Below are positions 15,001-27,000 of a DNA stretch of 64,000 nt, piece after piece (within the stretch, counting starts at the first letter, position 1; the number at the start of each line of letters is the position of its first letter). The translations under genes were made by a program, and so were the position numbers. The notes below the pieces were generated by a model, which was not told the DNA's origin, searched no databases, and saw only the letters and a list, made by a program, of their open reading frames with translations. The stretch comes from Eledone cirrhosa (Eukaryota): the NCBI GenBank assembly GCA_964016885.1, contig OZ024740.1, forward strand, positions 33,852,001 through 33,916,000, in the 5' to 3' direction.

Positions 15001-16030
15001 CTTTACTGCTATCTTCCAACTCTCTCTCTTACCATCAACCATCTTTACTGCTATCTTCTAACTCTCTCTTACCATCAACCATCTTTACTGCTACCTTCCA
15101 ACTCTCTCTTACCATCAACCATCTTTACTGCTACCTTCCAACTCTCTCTTACCATCAACCATCTTTTCTGCTATCTTCCAACTCTCTCTCTTACCATCAA
15201 CCCTCTTTACTGCTATCTTCCAACTCTCTCTTACCATCAACCATCTTTACTGCTATCTTCTAACTCTCTCTTACCATCAACCATCTTTACTGCTATCTTC
15301 CAACTCTCTCTCTTACCATCAACCATCTTTACTGCTATCTTCTAACTCTCTCTTACCATCAACCATCTTTACTGCTATCTTCCAACTCTCTCTTACCATC
15401 AACCATCTTTACTGCTATCTTCCAACTCTCTCTTACCATCAACCATCTTTACTGTTATCTTCTAACTCTCTCTTACCATCAACCATCTTTACTGCTATCT
15501 TCTAACTCTCTCTTATCCTTCAAACATCTTTACTGCTATCTTCCAACTCTCTCTTACCAATAACCGTCTTTACTGCTATCTTCCAACTCTCTCTTACCAT
15601 CAACCATCTTTACTGCTATCTTCTAACTCTCTCTTACCATCAACCATCTTTACTGCTATCTTCCAACTCTCTCTCTTACCATCAACCATCTTTACTGCTA
15701 TCTTCTAACTCTCTCTTACCATCAACCATCTTTACTGCTACCTTCCAACTCTCTCTTACCATCAACCATCTTTACTGCTATCTTCCAACTCTCTCTTACC
15801 AATAACCATCTTTACTGCTATCTTCCAACTCTCTCTTACCATCAACCATCTTTACTGCTATCTTCCAACTCTCTCTTACCATCAACCATCTTTACTGTTA
15901 TCTTCTAACTCTCTCTTACCATCAACCATCTTTACTGCTATCTTCTAACTCTCTCTTATCCTTCAAACATCTTTACTGCTATCTTCCAACTCTCTCTCTT
16001 ACCATCAACCATCTTTACTGCTATCTTCCA
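1..16030 (+). repeat. 10,408-bp offset duplication: about 1-5,620 recurs at about 10,409-16,030
   Basis: Marker CAAATCTC at 953 and 11361. AACAC markers at 634/3329/5702 recur at 11042/13737/16110, all exactly +10,408. Confidence 0.9.
480..5550 (+). repeat. Tandem 2.4-2.7 kb higher-order modules (offsets 2,695 and 2,373 bp)
   Basis: The same ordered variant series (TATCCTTCAAAC, CTGTC, CTTTC, AACAC, TTCAAA, CTGTCTCTAA, TTATCA, TACCTCC, AACGC) restarts near 481, 3176 and 5549. AACAC lies at 634, 3329 and 5702. Confidence 0.88.
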
Positions 16031-19000
16031 ACTCTCTCTTACCATCAACCATCTTTACTGCTACCTTCCAACTTTCTCTTACCATCAACCATCTTTACTG
16101 CTATCTTCCAACACTCTCTTACCATCAACCATCTTTACTGCTATCTTCCAACTCTCTCTTACCATCAACCATCTTTACTGCTATCTTCCAACTGTCTCTT
16201 ACCATCAACCATCTTTACTGCTATCTTCCAACTCTCTCTTACCATCAACCATCTTTACTGCTATCTTCAAACTCTCTCTTACCATCAACCATCTTTACTG
16301 CTATCTTCCAACTGTCTCTAACCATCAACCATCTTTACTGCTATCTTCCAACTCTCTCTTATCATCAACCATCTTTACTGCTATCTTCCAACTCTCTCTT
16401 ACCATCAACCATCTTTACTGCTATCTTCCAACTCTCTCTTACCAATAACCATCTTTACTGCTACCTTCCAACTCTCTCTTACCATCAACCATCTTTACTG
16501 CTATCTTCCAACTCTCTCTTACCATCAACCATCTTTACTGCTATCTTCCAACTCTCTCTTACCATCAACCATCTTTACTGCTATCTTCCAACTCTCTCTT
16601 ACCAATAACCATCTTTACTGCTATCTTCTAACTCTCTCTTACCATCAACCATCTTTACTGCTATCTTCTAACTCTCTCTTACCATCAACCATCTTTACTG
16701 CTATCTTCCAACTCTCTCTTACCATCAACTATCTTTACTGCCATCTTCCAACTCTCTCTTACCATCAACCATCTTTACTGCTATCTTCCAACTCTCTCTC
16801 TTACCATCAACCATCTTTACTGCTACCTCCAACTCTCTCTTACCATCAACCATCTTTACTGCTATCTTCCAACTCTCTCTTACCATCAACCATCTTTACT
16901 GCTACCTTCCAACTCTCTCTTACCATCAACCATCTTTACTGCTATCTTCCAACTCTCTCTTACCATCAACCATCTTTACTGCTACCTTCCAACTCTCTCT
17001 TACCATCAACCATCTTTACTGCTATCTTCCAACTGTCTCTTACCATCAACCATCTTTACTGCTATCTTCCAACTCTCTCTTACCATCAACCATCTTTACT
17101 GCTATCTTCCAACTGTCTCTAACCATCAACCATCTTTACTGCTATCTTCCAACTCTCTCTTACCATCAACCATCTTTACTGCTATCTTCCAACGCTCTCT
17201 TACCATCAACCATCTTTACTGCTATCTTCCAACTCTCTCTTACCAATAACCATCTTTACTGCTATCTTCTAACTCTCTCTTACCATCAACCATCTTTACT
17301 GCTATCTTCCAACTCTCTCTTACCAATAACCATCTTTACTGCCATCTTCCAACTCTCTCTTACCATCAACCATCTTTTCTGCTATCTTCCAACTCTCTCT
17401 CTTACCATCAACCCTCTTTACTGCTATCTTCCAACTCTCTCTTACCATCAACCATCTTTACTGCTATCTTCTAACTCTCTCTTACCATCAACCATCTTTA
17501 CTGCTATCTTCCAACTCTCTCTCTTACCATCAACCATCTTTACTGCTATCTTCTAACTCTCTCTTACCATCAACCATCTTTACTGCTACCTTCCAACTCT
17601 CTCTTACCATCAACCATCTTTACTGCTACCTTCCAACTCTCTCTTACCATCAACCATCTTTAATGCTATCTTCTAACTCTCTCTTACCATCAACCATCTT
17701 TACTGCTATCTTCCAACTCTCTCTTACCAATAACCATCTTTACTGCTATCTTCCAACTGTCTCTTACCATCAACCATCTTTACTGCTATCTTCTAACTCT
17801 CTCTTACCAATAACCATCTTTACTGCTATCTTCCAACTCTCTCTTACCATCAACCATCTTTACTGCTATCTTCCAACTCTCTCTTACCAATAACCATCTT
17901 TACTGCTATCTTCCAACTCTCTCTTACCATCAACCATCTTTACTGCTATCTTCCAACTCTCTCTTACCATCAACCATCTTTACTGCTATCTTCCAACTCT
18001 CTCTTACCATCAACCATCTTTACTGCTATCTTCTAACTCTCTCTTACCATCAACCATCTTTACTGCTACCTTCCAACTCTCTCTTACCATCAACCATCTT
18101 TACTGCTATCTTCCAACTCTCTCTTACCATCAACCATCTTTACTGCTATCTTCCAACTCTCTCTTACCATCAACCATCTTTACTGCTATCTTCCGACTCT
18201 CTCTTACCATCAACCATCTTTACTGCTATCTTCCAACTCTCTCTTACCATCAACCATCTTTACTGCTATCTTCCAACTCTCTCTTACCATCAACCATCTT
18301 TACTGCTATCTTCCAACTCTCTCTTACCATCAACCATCTTTACTGCTATCTTCCAACTCTCTCTTACCATCAACCATCTTTACTGTTATCTTCTAACTCT
18401 CTCTTACCATCAACCATCTTTACTGCTATCTTCTAACTCTCTCTTATCCTTCAAACATCTTTACTGCTATCTTCCAACTCTCTCTCTTACCATCAACCAT
18501 CTTTACTGCTATCTTCCAACTCTCTCTTACCATCAACCATCTTTACTGCTACCTTCCAACTTTCTCTTACCATCAACCATCTTTACTGCTATCTTCCAAC
18601 ACTCTCTTACCATCAACCATCTTTACTGCTATCTTCCAACTCTCTCTTACCATCAACCATCTTTACTGCTATCTTCCAACTGTCTCTTACCATCAACCAT
18701 CTTTACTGCTATCTTCCAACTCTCTCTTACCATCAACCATCTTTACTGCTATCTTCAAACTCTCTCTTACCATCAACCATCTTTACTGCTATCTTCCAAC
18801 TGTCTCTAACCATCAACCATCTTTACTGCTATCTTCCAACTCTCTCTTATCATCAACCATCTTTACTGCTATCTTCCAACTCTCTCTTACCATCAACCAT
18901 CTTTACTGCTATCTTCCAACTCTCTCTTACCAATAACCATCTTTACTGCTACCTTCCAACTCTCTCTTACCATCAACCATCTTTACTGCTATCTTCCAAC

Positions 19001-20890
19001 TCTCTCTTACCATCAACCATCTTTACTGCTATCTTCCAACTCTCTCTTACCATCAACCATCTTTACTGCTATCTTCCAACTCTCTCTTACCAATAACCAT
19101 CTTTACTGCTATCTTCTAACTCTCTCTTACCATCAACCATCTTTACTGCTATCTTCTAACTCTCTCTTACCATCAACCATCTTTACTGCTATCTTCCAAC
19201 TCTCTCTTACCATCAACTATCTTTACTGCCATCTTCCAACTCTCTCTTACCATCAACCATCTTTACTGCTATCTTCCAACTCTCTCTCTTACCATCAACC
19301 ATCTTTACTGCTACCTCCAACTCTCTCTTACCATCAACCATCTTTACTGCTATCTTCCAACTCTCTCTTACCATCAACCATCTTTACTGCTACCTTCCAA
19401 CTCTCTCTTACCATCAACCATCTTTACTGCTATCTTCCAACTCTCTCTTACCATCAACCATCTTTACTGCTACCTTCCAACTCTCTCTTACCATCAACCA
19501 TCTTTACTGCTATCTTCCAACTGTCTCTTACCATCAACCATCTTTACTGCTATCTTCCAACTCTCTCTTACCATCAACCATCTTTACTGCTATCTTCCAA
19601 CTGTCTCTAACCATCAACCATCTTTACTGCTATCTTCCAACTCTCTCTTACCATCAACCATCTTTACTGCTATCTTCCAACGCTCTCTTACCATCAACCA
19701 TCTTTACTGCTATCTTCCAACTCTCTCTTACCAATAACCATCTTTACTGCTATCTTCTAACTCTCTCTTACCATCAACCATCTTTACTGCTATCTTCCAA
19801 CTCTCTCTTACCAATAACCATCTTTACTGCCATCTTCCAACTCTCTCTTACCATCAACCATCTTTTCTGCTATCTTCCAACTCTCTCTCTTACCATCAAC
19901 CCTCTTTACTGCTATCTTCCAACTCTCTCTTACCATCAACCATCTTTACTGCTATCTTCTAACTCTCTCTTACCATCAACCATCTTTACTGCTATCTTCC
20001 AACTCTCTCTCTTACCATCAACCATCTTTACTGCTATCTTCTAACTCTCTCTTACCATCAACCATCTTTACTGCTACCTTCCAACTCTCTCTTACCATCA
20101 ACCATCTTTACTGCTACCTTCCAACTCTCTCTTACCATCAACCATCTTTAATGCTATCTTCTAACTCTCTCTTACCATCAACCATCTTTACTGCTATCTT
20201 CCAACTCTCTCTTACCAATAACCATCTTTACTGCTATCTTCCAACTGTCTCTTACCATCAACCATCTTTACTGCTATCTTCTAACTCTCTCTTACCAATA
20301 ACCATCTTTACTGCTATCTTCCAACTCTCTCTTACCATCAACCATCTTTACTGCTATCTTCCAACTCTCTCTTACCAATAACCATCTTTACTGCTATCTT
20401 CCAACTCTCTCTTACCATCAACCATCTTTACTGCTATCTTCCAACTCTCTCTTACCATCAACCATCTTTACTGCTATCTTCCAACTCTCTCTTACCATCA
20501 ACCATCTTTACTGCTATCTTCTAACTCTCTCTTACCATCAACCATCTTTACTGCTACCTTCCAACTCTCTCTTACCATCAACCATCTTTACTGCTATCTT
20601 CCAACTCTCTCTTACCATCAACCATCTTTACTGCTATCTTCCAACTCTCTCTTACCATCAACCATCTTTACTGCTATCTTCCGACTCTCTCTTACCATCA
20701 ACCATCTTTACTGCTATCTTCCAACTCTCTCTTACCATCAACCATCTTTACTGCTATCTTCCAACTCTCTCTTACCATCAACCATCTTTACTGCTATCTT
20801 CCAACTCTCTCTTACCATCAACCATCTTTACTGCTATCTTCCAACTCTCTCTTACCATCAACCATCTTTACTGCTATCTTCTAACTCTCT
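15960..20890 (+). repeat. Tandem pair of 2,488-bp modules within each super-repeat copy
   Basis: Offsets of 2,488 between 17663/20151, 33502/35990 and 46734/49222, and between AACAC 16110/18598. Confidence 0.9.
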
Positions 20891-23220
20891 CTTATCCTTC
20901 AAACATCTTTACTGCTATCTTCCAACTCTCTCTTACCAATAACCGTCTTTACTGCTATCTTCTAACTCTCCCTTACCATCAACCATCTTTACTGCTATCT
21001 TCCAACTCTCTCTTACCAATAACCATCTTTACTGCCATCTTCCAACTCTCTCTTACCATCAACCATCTTTACTGCTATCTTCCAACTCTCTCTTACCATC
21101 AACTATCTTTACTGCTATCTTCCAACTCTCTCTTACCATCAACCATCTTTACTGCTAACTTCCAACTCTCTCTTACCAATAACCATCTTTACTGCTATCT
21201 TCTAACTCTCTCTTACCATCAACCATCTTTACTGCTATCTTCCAACTCTCTCTTACCATCAACCATCTTTACTGTTATCTTCTAACTCTCTCTTACCATC
21301 AACCATCTTTACTGCTATCTTCCAACTCTCTCTTACCATCAACCATCTTTACTGCTATCTTCTAACTCTCTCTTACCATCAACCATCTTTACTGCTATCT
21401 TCCAACTCTCTCTCTTACCATCAACCATCTTTACTGCTATCTTCTAACTCTCTCTTACCATCAACCATCTTTACTGCTACCTTCCAACTCTCTCTTACCA
21501 TCAACCATCTTTACTGCTATCTTCCAACTCTCTCTTACCAATAACCATCTTTACTGCTATCTTCCAACTCTCTCTTACCATCAACCATCTTTACTGCTAT
21601 CTTCCAACTCTCTCTTACCATCAACCATCTTTACTGTTATCTTCTAACTCTCTCTTACCATCAACCATCTTTACTGCTATCTTCTAACTCTCTCTTATCC
21701 TTCAAACATCTTTACTGCTATCTTCCAACTCTCTCTCTTACCATCAACCATCTTTACTGCTATCTTCCAACTGTCTCTTACCATCAACCATCTTTACTGC
21801 TACCTTCCAACTCTCTCTTACCATCAACCATCTTTACTGCTATCTTCCAACACTCTCTTACCATCAACCATCTTTACTGCTATCTTCCAACTCTCTCTTA
21901 CCATCAACCATCTTTACTGCTATCTTCCAACTGTCTCTTACCATCAACCATCTTTACTGCTATCTTCCAACTCTCTCTTACCATCAACCATCTTTACTGC
22001 TATCTTCCAACTCTCTCTTACCATCAACCATCTTTACTGCTATCTTCCAACTGTCTCTAACCATCAACCATCTTTACTGCTATCTTCCAACTCTCTCTTA
22101 TCATCAACCATCTTTACTGCTATCTTCCAACTCTCTCTTACCATCAACCATCTTTACTGCTATCTTCCAACTCTCTCTTACCAATAACCATCTTTACTGC
22201 TACCTTCCAACTCTCTCTTACCATCAACCATCTTTACTGCTATCTTCCAACTCTCTCTTACCGTCAACCATCTTTACTGCTATCTTCCAACTCTCTCTTA
22301 CCAATAACCATCTTTACTGCTATCTTCTAACTCTCTCTTACCATCAACCATCTTTACTGCTATCTTCCAACTCTCTCTTACCAATAACCATCTTTACTGC
22401 CATCTTCCAACTCTCTCTTACCATCAACCATCTTTTCTGCTATCTTCCAACTCTCTCTCTTACCATCAACCCTCTTTACTGCTATCTTCCAACTCTCTCT
22501 TACCATCAACCATCTTTACTGCTATCTTCTAACTCTCTCTTACCATCAACCATCTTTACTGCTACCTTCCAACTCTCTCTTACCATCAACCATCTTTACT
22601 GCTATCTTCCAACTCTCTCTTACCAATAACCATCTTTACTGCTATCTTCCAACTCTCTCTTACCATCAACCATCTTTACTGCTATTTTCCAACTCTCTCT
22701 TACCATCAACCATCTTTACTGCTATCTTCCAACTCTCTCTTACCATCAACTATCTTTACTGCTATCTTCCAACTCTCTCTTACCATCAACCATCTTTACT
22801 GCTACCTTCCAAGTCTCTCTTACCATCAACCATCTTTACTGCTATCTTCCAACTCTCTCTTACCATCAACCATCTTTACTGCTATCTTCCAACTCTCTCT
22901 TACCATCAACTATCTTTACTGCTATCTTCCAACTCTCTCTTACCATCAACCATCTTTACTGCTAACTTCCAACTCTCTCTTACCAATAACCATCTTTACT
23001 GCTATCTTCCAACTCTCTCTTACCATCAACCATCTTTACTGCTATCTTCCAACTCTCTCTTACCATCAACCATCTTTACTGCTATCTTCCGACTCTCTCT
23101 TACCATCAACCATCTTTACTGCTATCTTCCAACTCTCTCTTACCATCAACCATCTTTACTGCTATCTTCCAACTCTCTCTTACCATCAACCATCTTTACT
23201 GCTATCTTCCAACTCTCTCT

Positions 23221-23700
23221 TACCATCAATCATCTTTACTGCTATCTTCCAACTCTCTCTTACCGTCAACCATCTTTACTGCTACCTTCCAACTCTCACT
23301 TACCATCAACCATCTTTACTGCTATCTTCCAACTCTCTCTTACCATCAACCATCTTTACTGCTATCTTCCAACTCTCTCTTACCATCAACCATCTTTACT
23401 GCTATCTTCCAACTCTCTCTTACCATCAACCATCTTTACTGCTATCTTCCAACTCTCTCTTACCATCAATCATCTTTACTGCTATCTTCCAACTCTCTCT
23501 TACCGTCAACCATCTTTACTGCTACCTTCCAACTCTCACTTACCATCAACCATCTTTACTGCTATCTTCCAACTCTCTCTTACCATCAACCATCTTTACT
23601 GCTATCTTCCAACTCTCTCTTACCATCAACCATCTTTACTGCTATCTTCCAACTCTCTCTTACCATCAACCATCTTTACTGCTATCTTCCAACTCTCTCT
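23221..23700 (+). repeat. 240-bp (6-monomer) tandem duplication
   Basis: The variant trio CATCAATCAT, ACCGTC, CTCACTT starts at 23221 and again at 23461. It is also seen at 39061/39301 and 52291/52531. Confidence 0.9.
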
Positions 23701-23820
23701 TACCATCAACCATCTTTACTGCTATCTTCCAACTCTCTCTTACCAATAACCCTCTTTACTGCTATCTTCTAACTCTCTCTTACCATCAACCATCTTTACT
23801 GCTATCTTCAAACTCTCTCT

Positions 23821-24040
23821 TACCATCTTTACTGCTATCTTCTAACTCTCTCTTACCATCAACCATCTTTACTGCTATCTTCCAACTCTCTCTTACCATC
23901 TTTACTGCTATCTTCTAACTCTCTCTTACCATCAACCATCTTTACTGCTATCTTCCAACTCTCTCTTACCATCTTTACTGCTATCTTCTAACTCTCTCTT
24001 ACCATCAACCATCTTTTCTGCTATCTTCCAACTCTCTCTC
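23821..24040 (+). repeat. 73-bp dimer (33-bp deleted monomer plus 40-bp monomer), three copies
   Basis: TACCATCTTT (7 bp missing) at 23821, 23894 and 23967, with a fourth short monomer near 24532. The block repeats near 39660 and 52892. Confidence 0.92.
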
Positions 24041-27000
24041 TTACCATCAACCATCTTTACTGCTATCTTCCAACTCTCTCTTACCATCAACCATCTTTAC
24101 TGCTATCTTCTAACTCTCTCTTACCATCAACCATCTTTACTGCTATCTTCCAACTCTCTCTCTTACCATCAACCATCTTTACTGCTATCTTCTAACTCTC
24201 TCTTACCATCAACCATCTTTACTGCTATCTTCCAACTCTCTCTCTTACTATCAACCATCTTTACTGCTATCTTCTAACTCTCTCTTACCATCAACCATCT
24301 TTTCTGCTATCTTCCAACTCTCTCTCTTACCATCAACCATCTTTACTGCTATCTTCTAACTCTCTCTTACCATCAACCATCTTTACTGCTATCTTCCAAC
24401 TCTCTCTCTTACCATCAACCATCTTTACTGCTATCTTCTAACTCTCTCTTACCATCAACCATCTTTTCTGCTATCTTCCAACTCTCTCTCTTACCATCAA
24501 CCATCTTTACTGCTATCTTCCAACTCTCTCTTACCATCTTTACTGCTATCTTCTAACTCTCTCTTACCATCAACCATCTTTTCTGCTATCTTCCAACTCT
24601 CTCTCTTACCATCAACCATCTTTACTGCTACCTTCCAACTCTCTCTTACCATCAACCATCTTTACTGATATCTTCCAACTCTCTCTTACCAATAACCATC
24701 TTTACTGCTATCTTCCAACTCTCTCTCTTACCATCAACCATCTTTACTGCTATCTTCCAACTGTCTCTTACCATCAACCATCTTTACTGCTACCTTCCAA
24801 CTCTCTCTTACCATCAACCATCTTTACTGCTATCTTCTAACTCTCTCTTACCATCAACCATCTTTACTGCTATCTTCCAACTCTCTCTTACCATCAACCA
24901 TCTTTACTGCTATCTTCCAACTGTCTCTTACCATCAACCATCTTTACTGCTATCTTCCAACTGTCTCTTACCATCAACCATCTTTACTGCTATCTTCCAA
25001 CTCTCTCTTACCATCAACCATCTTTACTGCTATCTTCCAACTGTCTCTAACCATCAACCATCTTTACTGCTATCTTCCAACTCTCTCTTACCATCAACCA
25101 TCTTTACTGCTATCTTCCAACGCTCTCTTACCATCAACCATCTTTACTGCTATCTTCCAACTCTCTCTTACCAATAACCATCTTTACTGCTATCTTCTAA
25201 CTCTCTCTTACCATCAACCATCTTTACTGCTATCTTCCAACTCTCTCTTACCAATAACCATCTTTACTGCCATCTTCCAACTCTCTCTTACCATCAACCA
25301 TCTTTTCTGCTATCTTCCAACTCTCTCTCTTACCATCAAACCTCTTTACTGCTATCTTCCAACTCTCTCTTACCATCAACCATCTTTACTGCTATCTTCT
25401 AACTCTCTCTTACCATCAACCATCTTTACTGCTATCTTCCAACTCTCTCTCTTACCATCAACCATCTTTACTGCTATCTTCTAACTCTCTCTTACCATCA
25501 ACCATCTTTACTGCTACCTTCCAACTCTCTCTTACCATCAACCATCTTTACTGCTACCTTCCAACTCTCTCTTACCATCAACCATCTTTAATGCTATCTT
25601 CTAACTCTCTCTTACCATCAACCATCTTTACTGCTATCTTCCAACTCTCTCTTACCAATAACCATCTTTACTGCTATCTTCCAACTGTCTCTTACCATCA
25701 ACCATCTTTACTGCTATCTTCTAACTCTCTCTTACCAATAACCATCTTTACTGCTATCTTCCAACTCTCTCTTACCATCAACCATCTTTACTGCTATCTT
25801 CCAACTCTCTCTTACCAATAACCATCTTTACTGCTATCTTCCAACTCTCTCTTACCATCAACCATCTTTACTGCTATCTTCCAACTCTCTCTTACCATCA
25901 ACCATCTTTACTGCTATCTTCCAACTCTCTCTTACCATCAACTATCTTTACTGCTATCTTCCAACTCTCTCTTACCATCAACCATCTTTACTGCTACCTT
26001 CCAACTCTCTCTTACCATCAACCATCTTTACTGCTATCTTCCAACTCTCTCTTACCATCAACCATCTTTACTGCTATCTTCCAACTCTCTCTTACCATCA
26101 ACCATCTTTACTGCTATCTTCCAACTCTCTCTTACCATCAACCATCTTTACTGCTAACTTCCAACTCTCTCTTACCAATAACCATCTTTACTGCTATCTT
26201 CTAACTCTCTCTTACCATCAACCATCTTTACTGCTATCTTCCAACTCTCTCTTACCATCAACCATCTTTACTGCTATCTTCTAACTCTCTCTTACCATCA
26301 ACCATCTTTACTGCTACCTTCCAACTCTCTCTTACCATCAACCATCTTTACTGCTATCTTCCAACTCTCTCTTACCATCAACCATCTTTACTGCTATCTT
26401 CCAACTCTCTCTTACCATCAACCATCTTTACTGCTATCTTCCGACTCTCTCTTACCATCAACCATCTTTACTGCTATCTTCCAACTCTCTCTTACCATCA
26501 ACCATCTTTACTGCTATCTTCCAACTCTCTCTTACCATCAACCATCTTTACTGCTATCTTCCAACTCTCTCTTACCATCAACCATCTTTACTGTTATCTT
26601 CTAACTCTCTCTTACCATCAACCATCTTTACTGCTATCTTCTAACTCTCTCTTATCCTTCAAACATCTTTACTGCTATCTTCCAACTCTCTCTTACCAAT
26701 AACCGTCTTTACTGCTATCTTCTAACTCTCCCTTACCATCAACCATCTTTACTGCTATCTTCCAACTCTCTCTTACCAATAACCATCTTTACTGCCATCT
26801 TCCAACTCTCTCTTACCATCAACCATCTTTACTGCTATCTTCCAACTCTCTCTTACCATCAACTATCTTTACTGCTATCTTCCAACTCTCTCTTACCATC
26901 AACCATCTTTACTGCTAACTTCCAACTCTCTCTTACCAATAACCATCTTTACTGCTATCTTCTAACTCTCTCTTACCATCAACCATCTTTACTGCTATCT

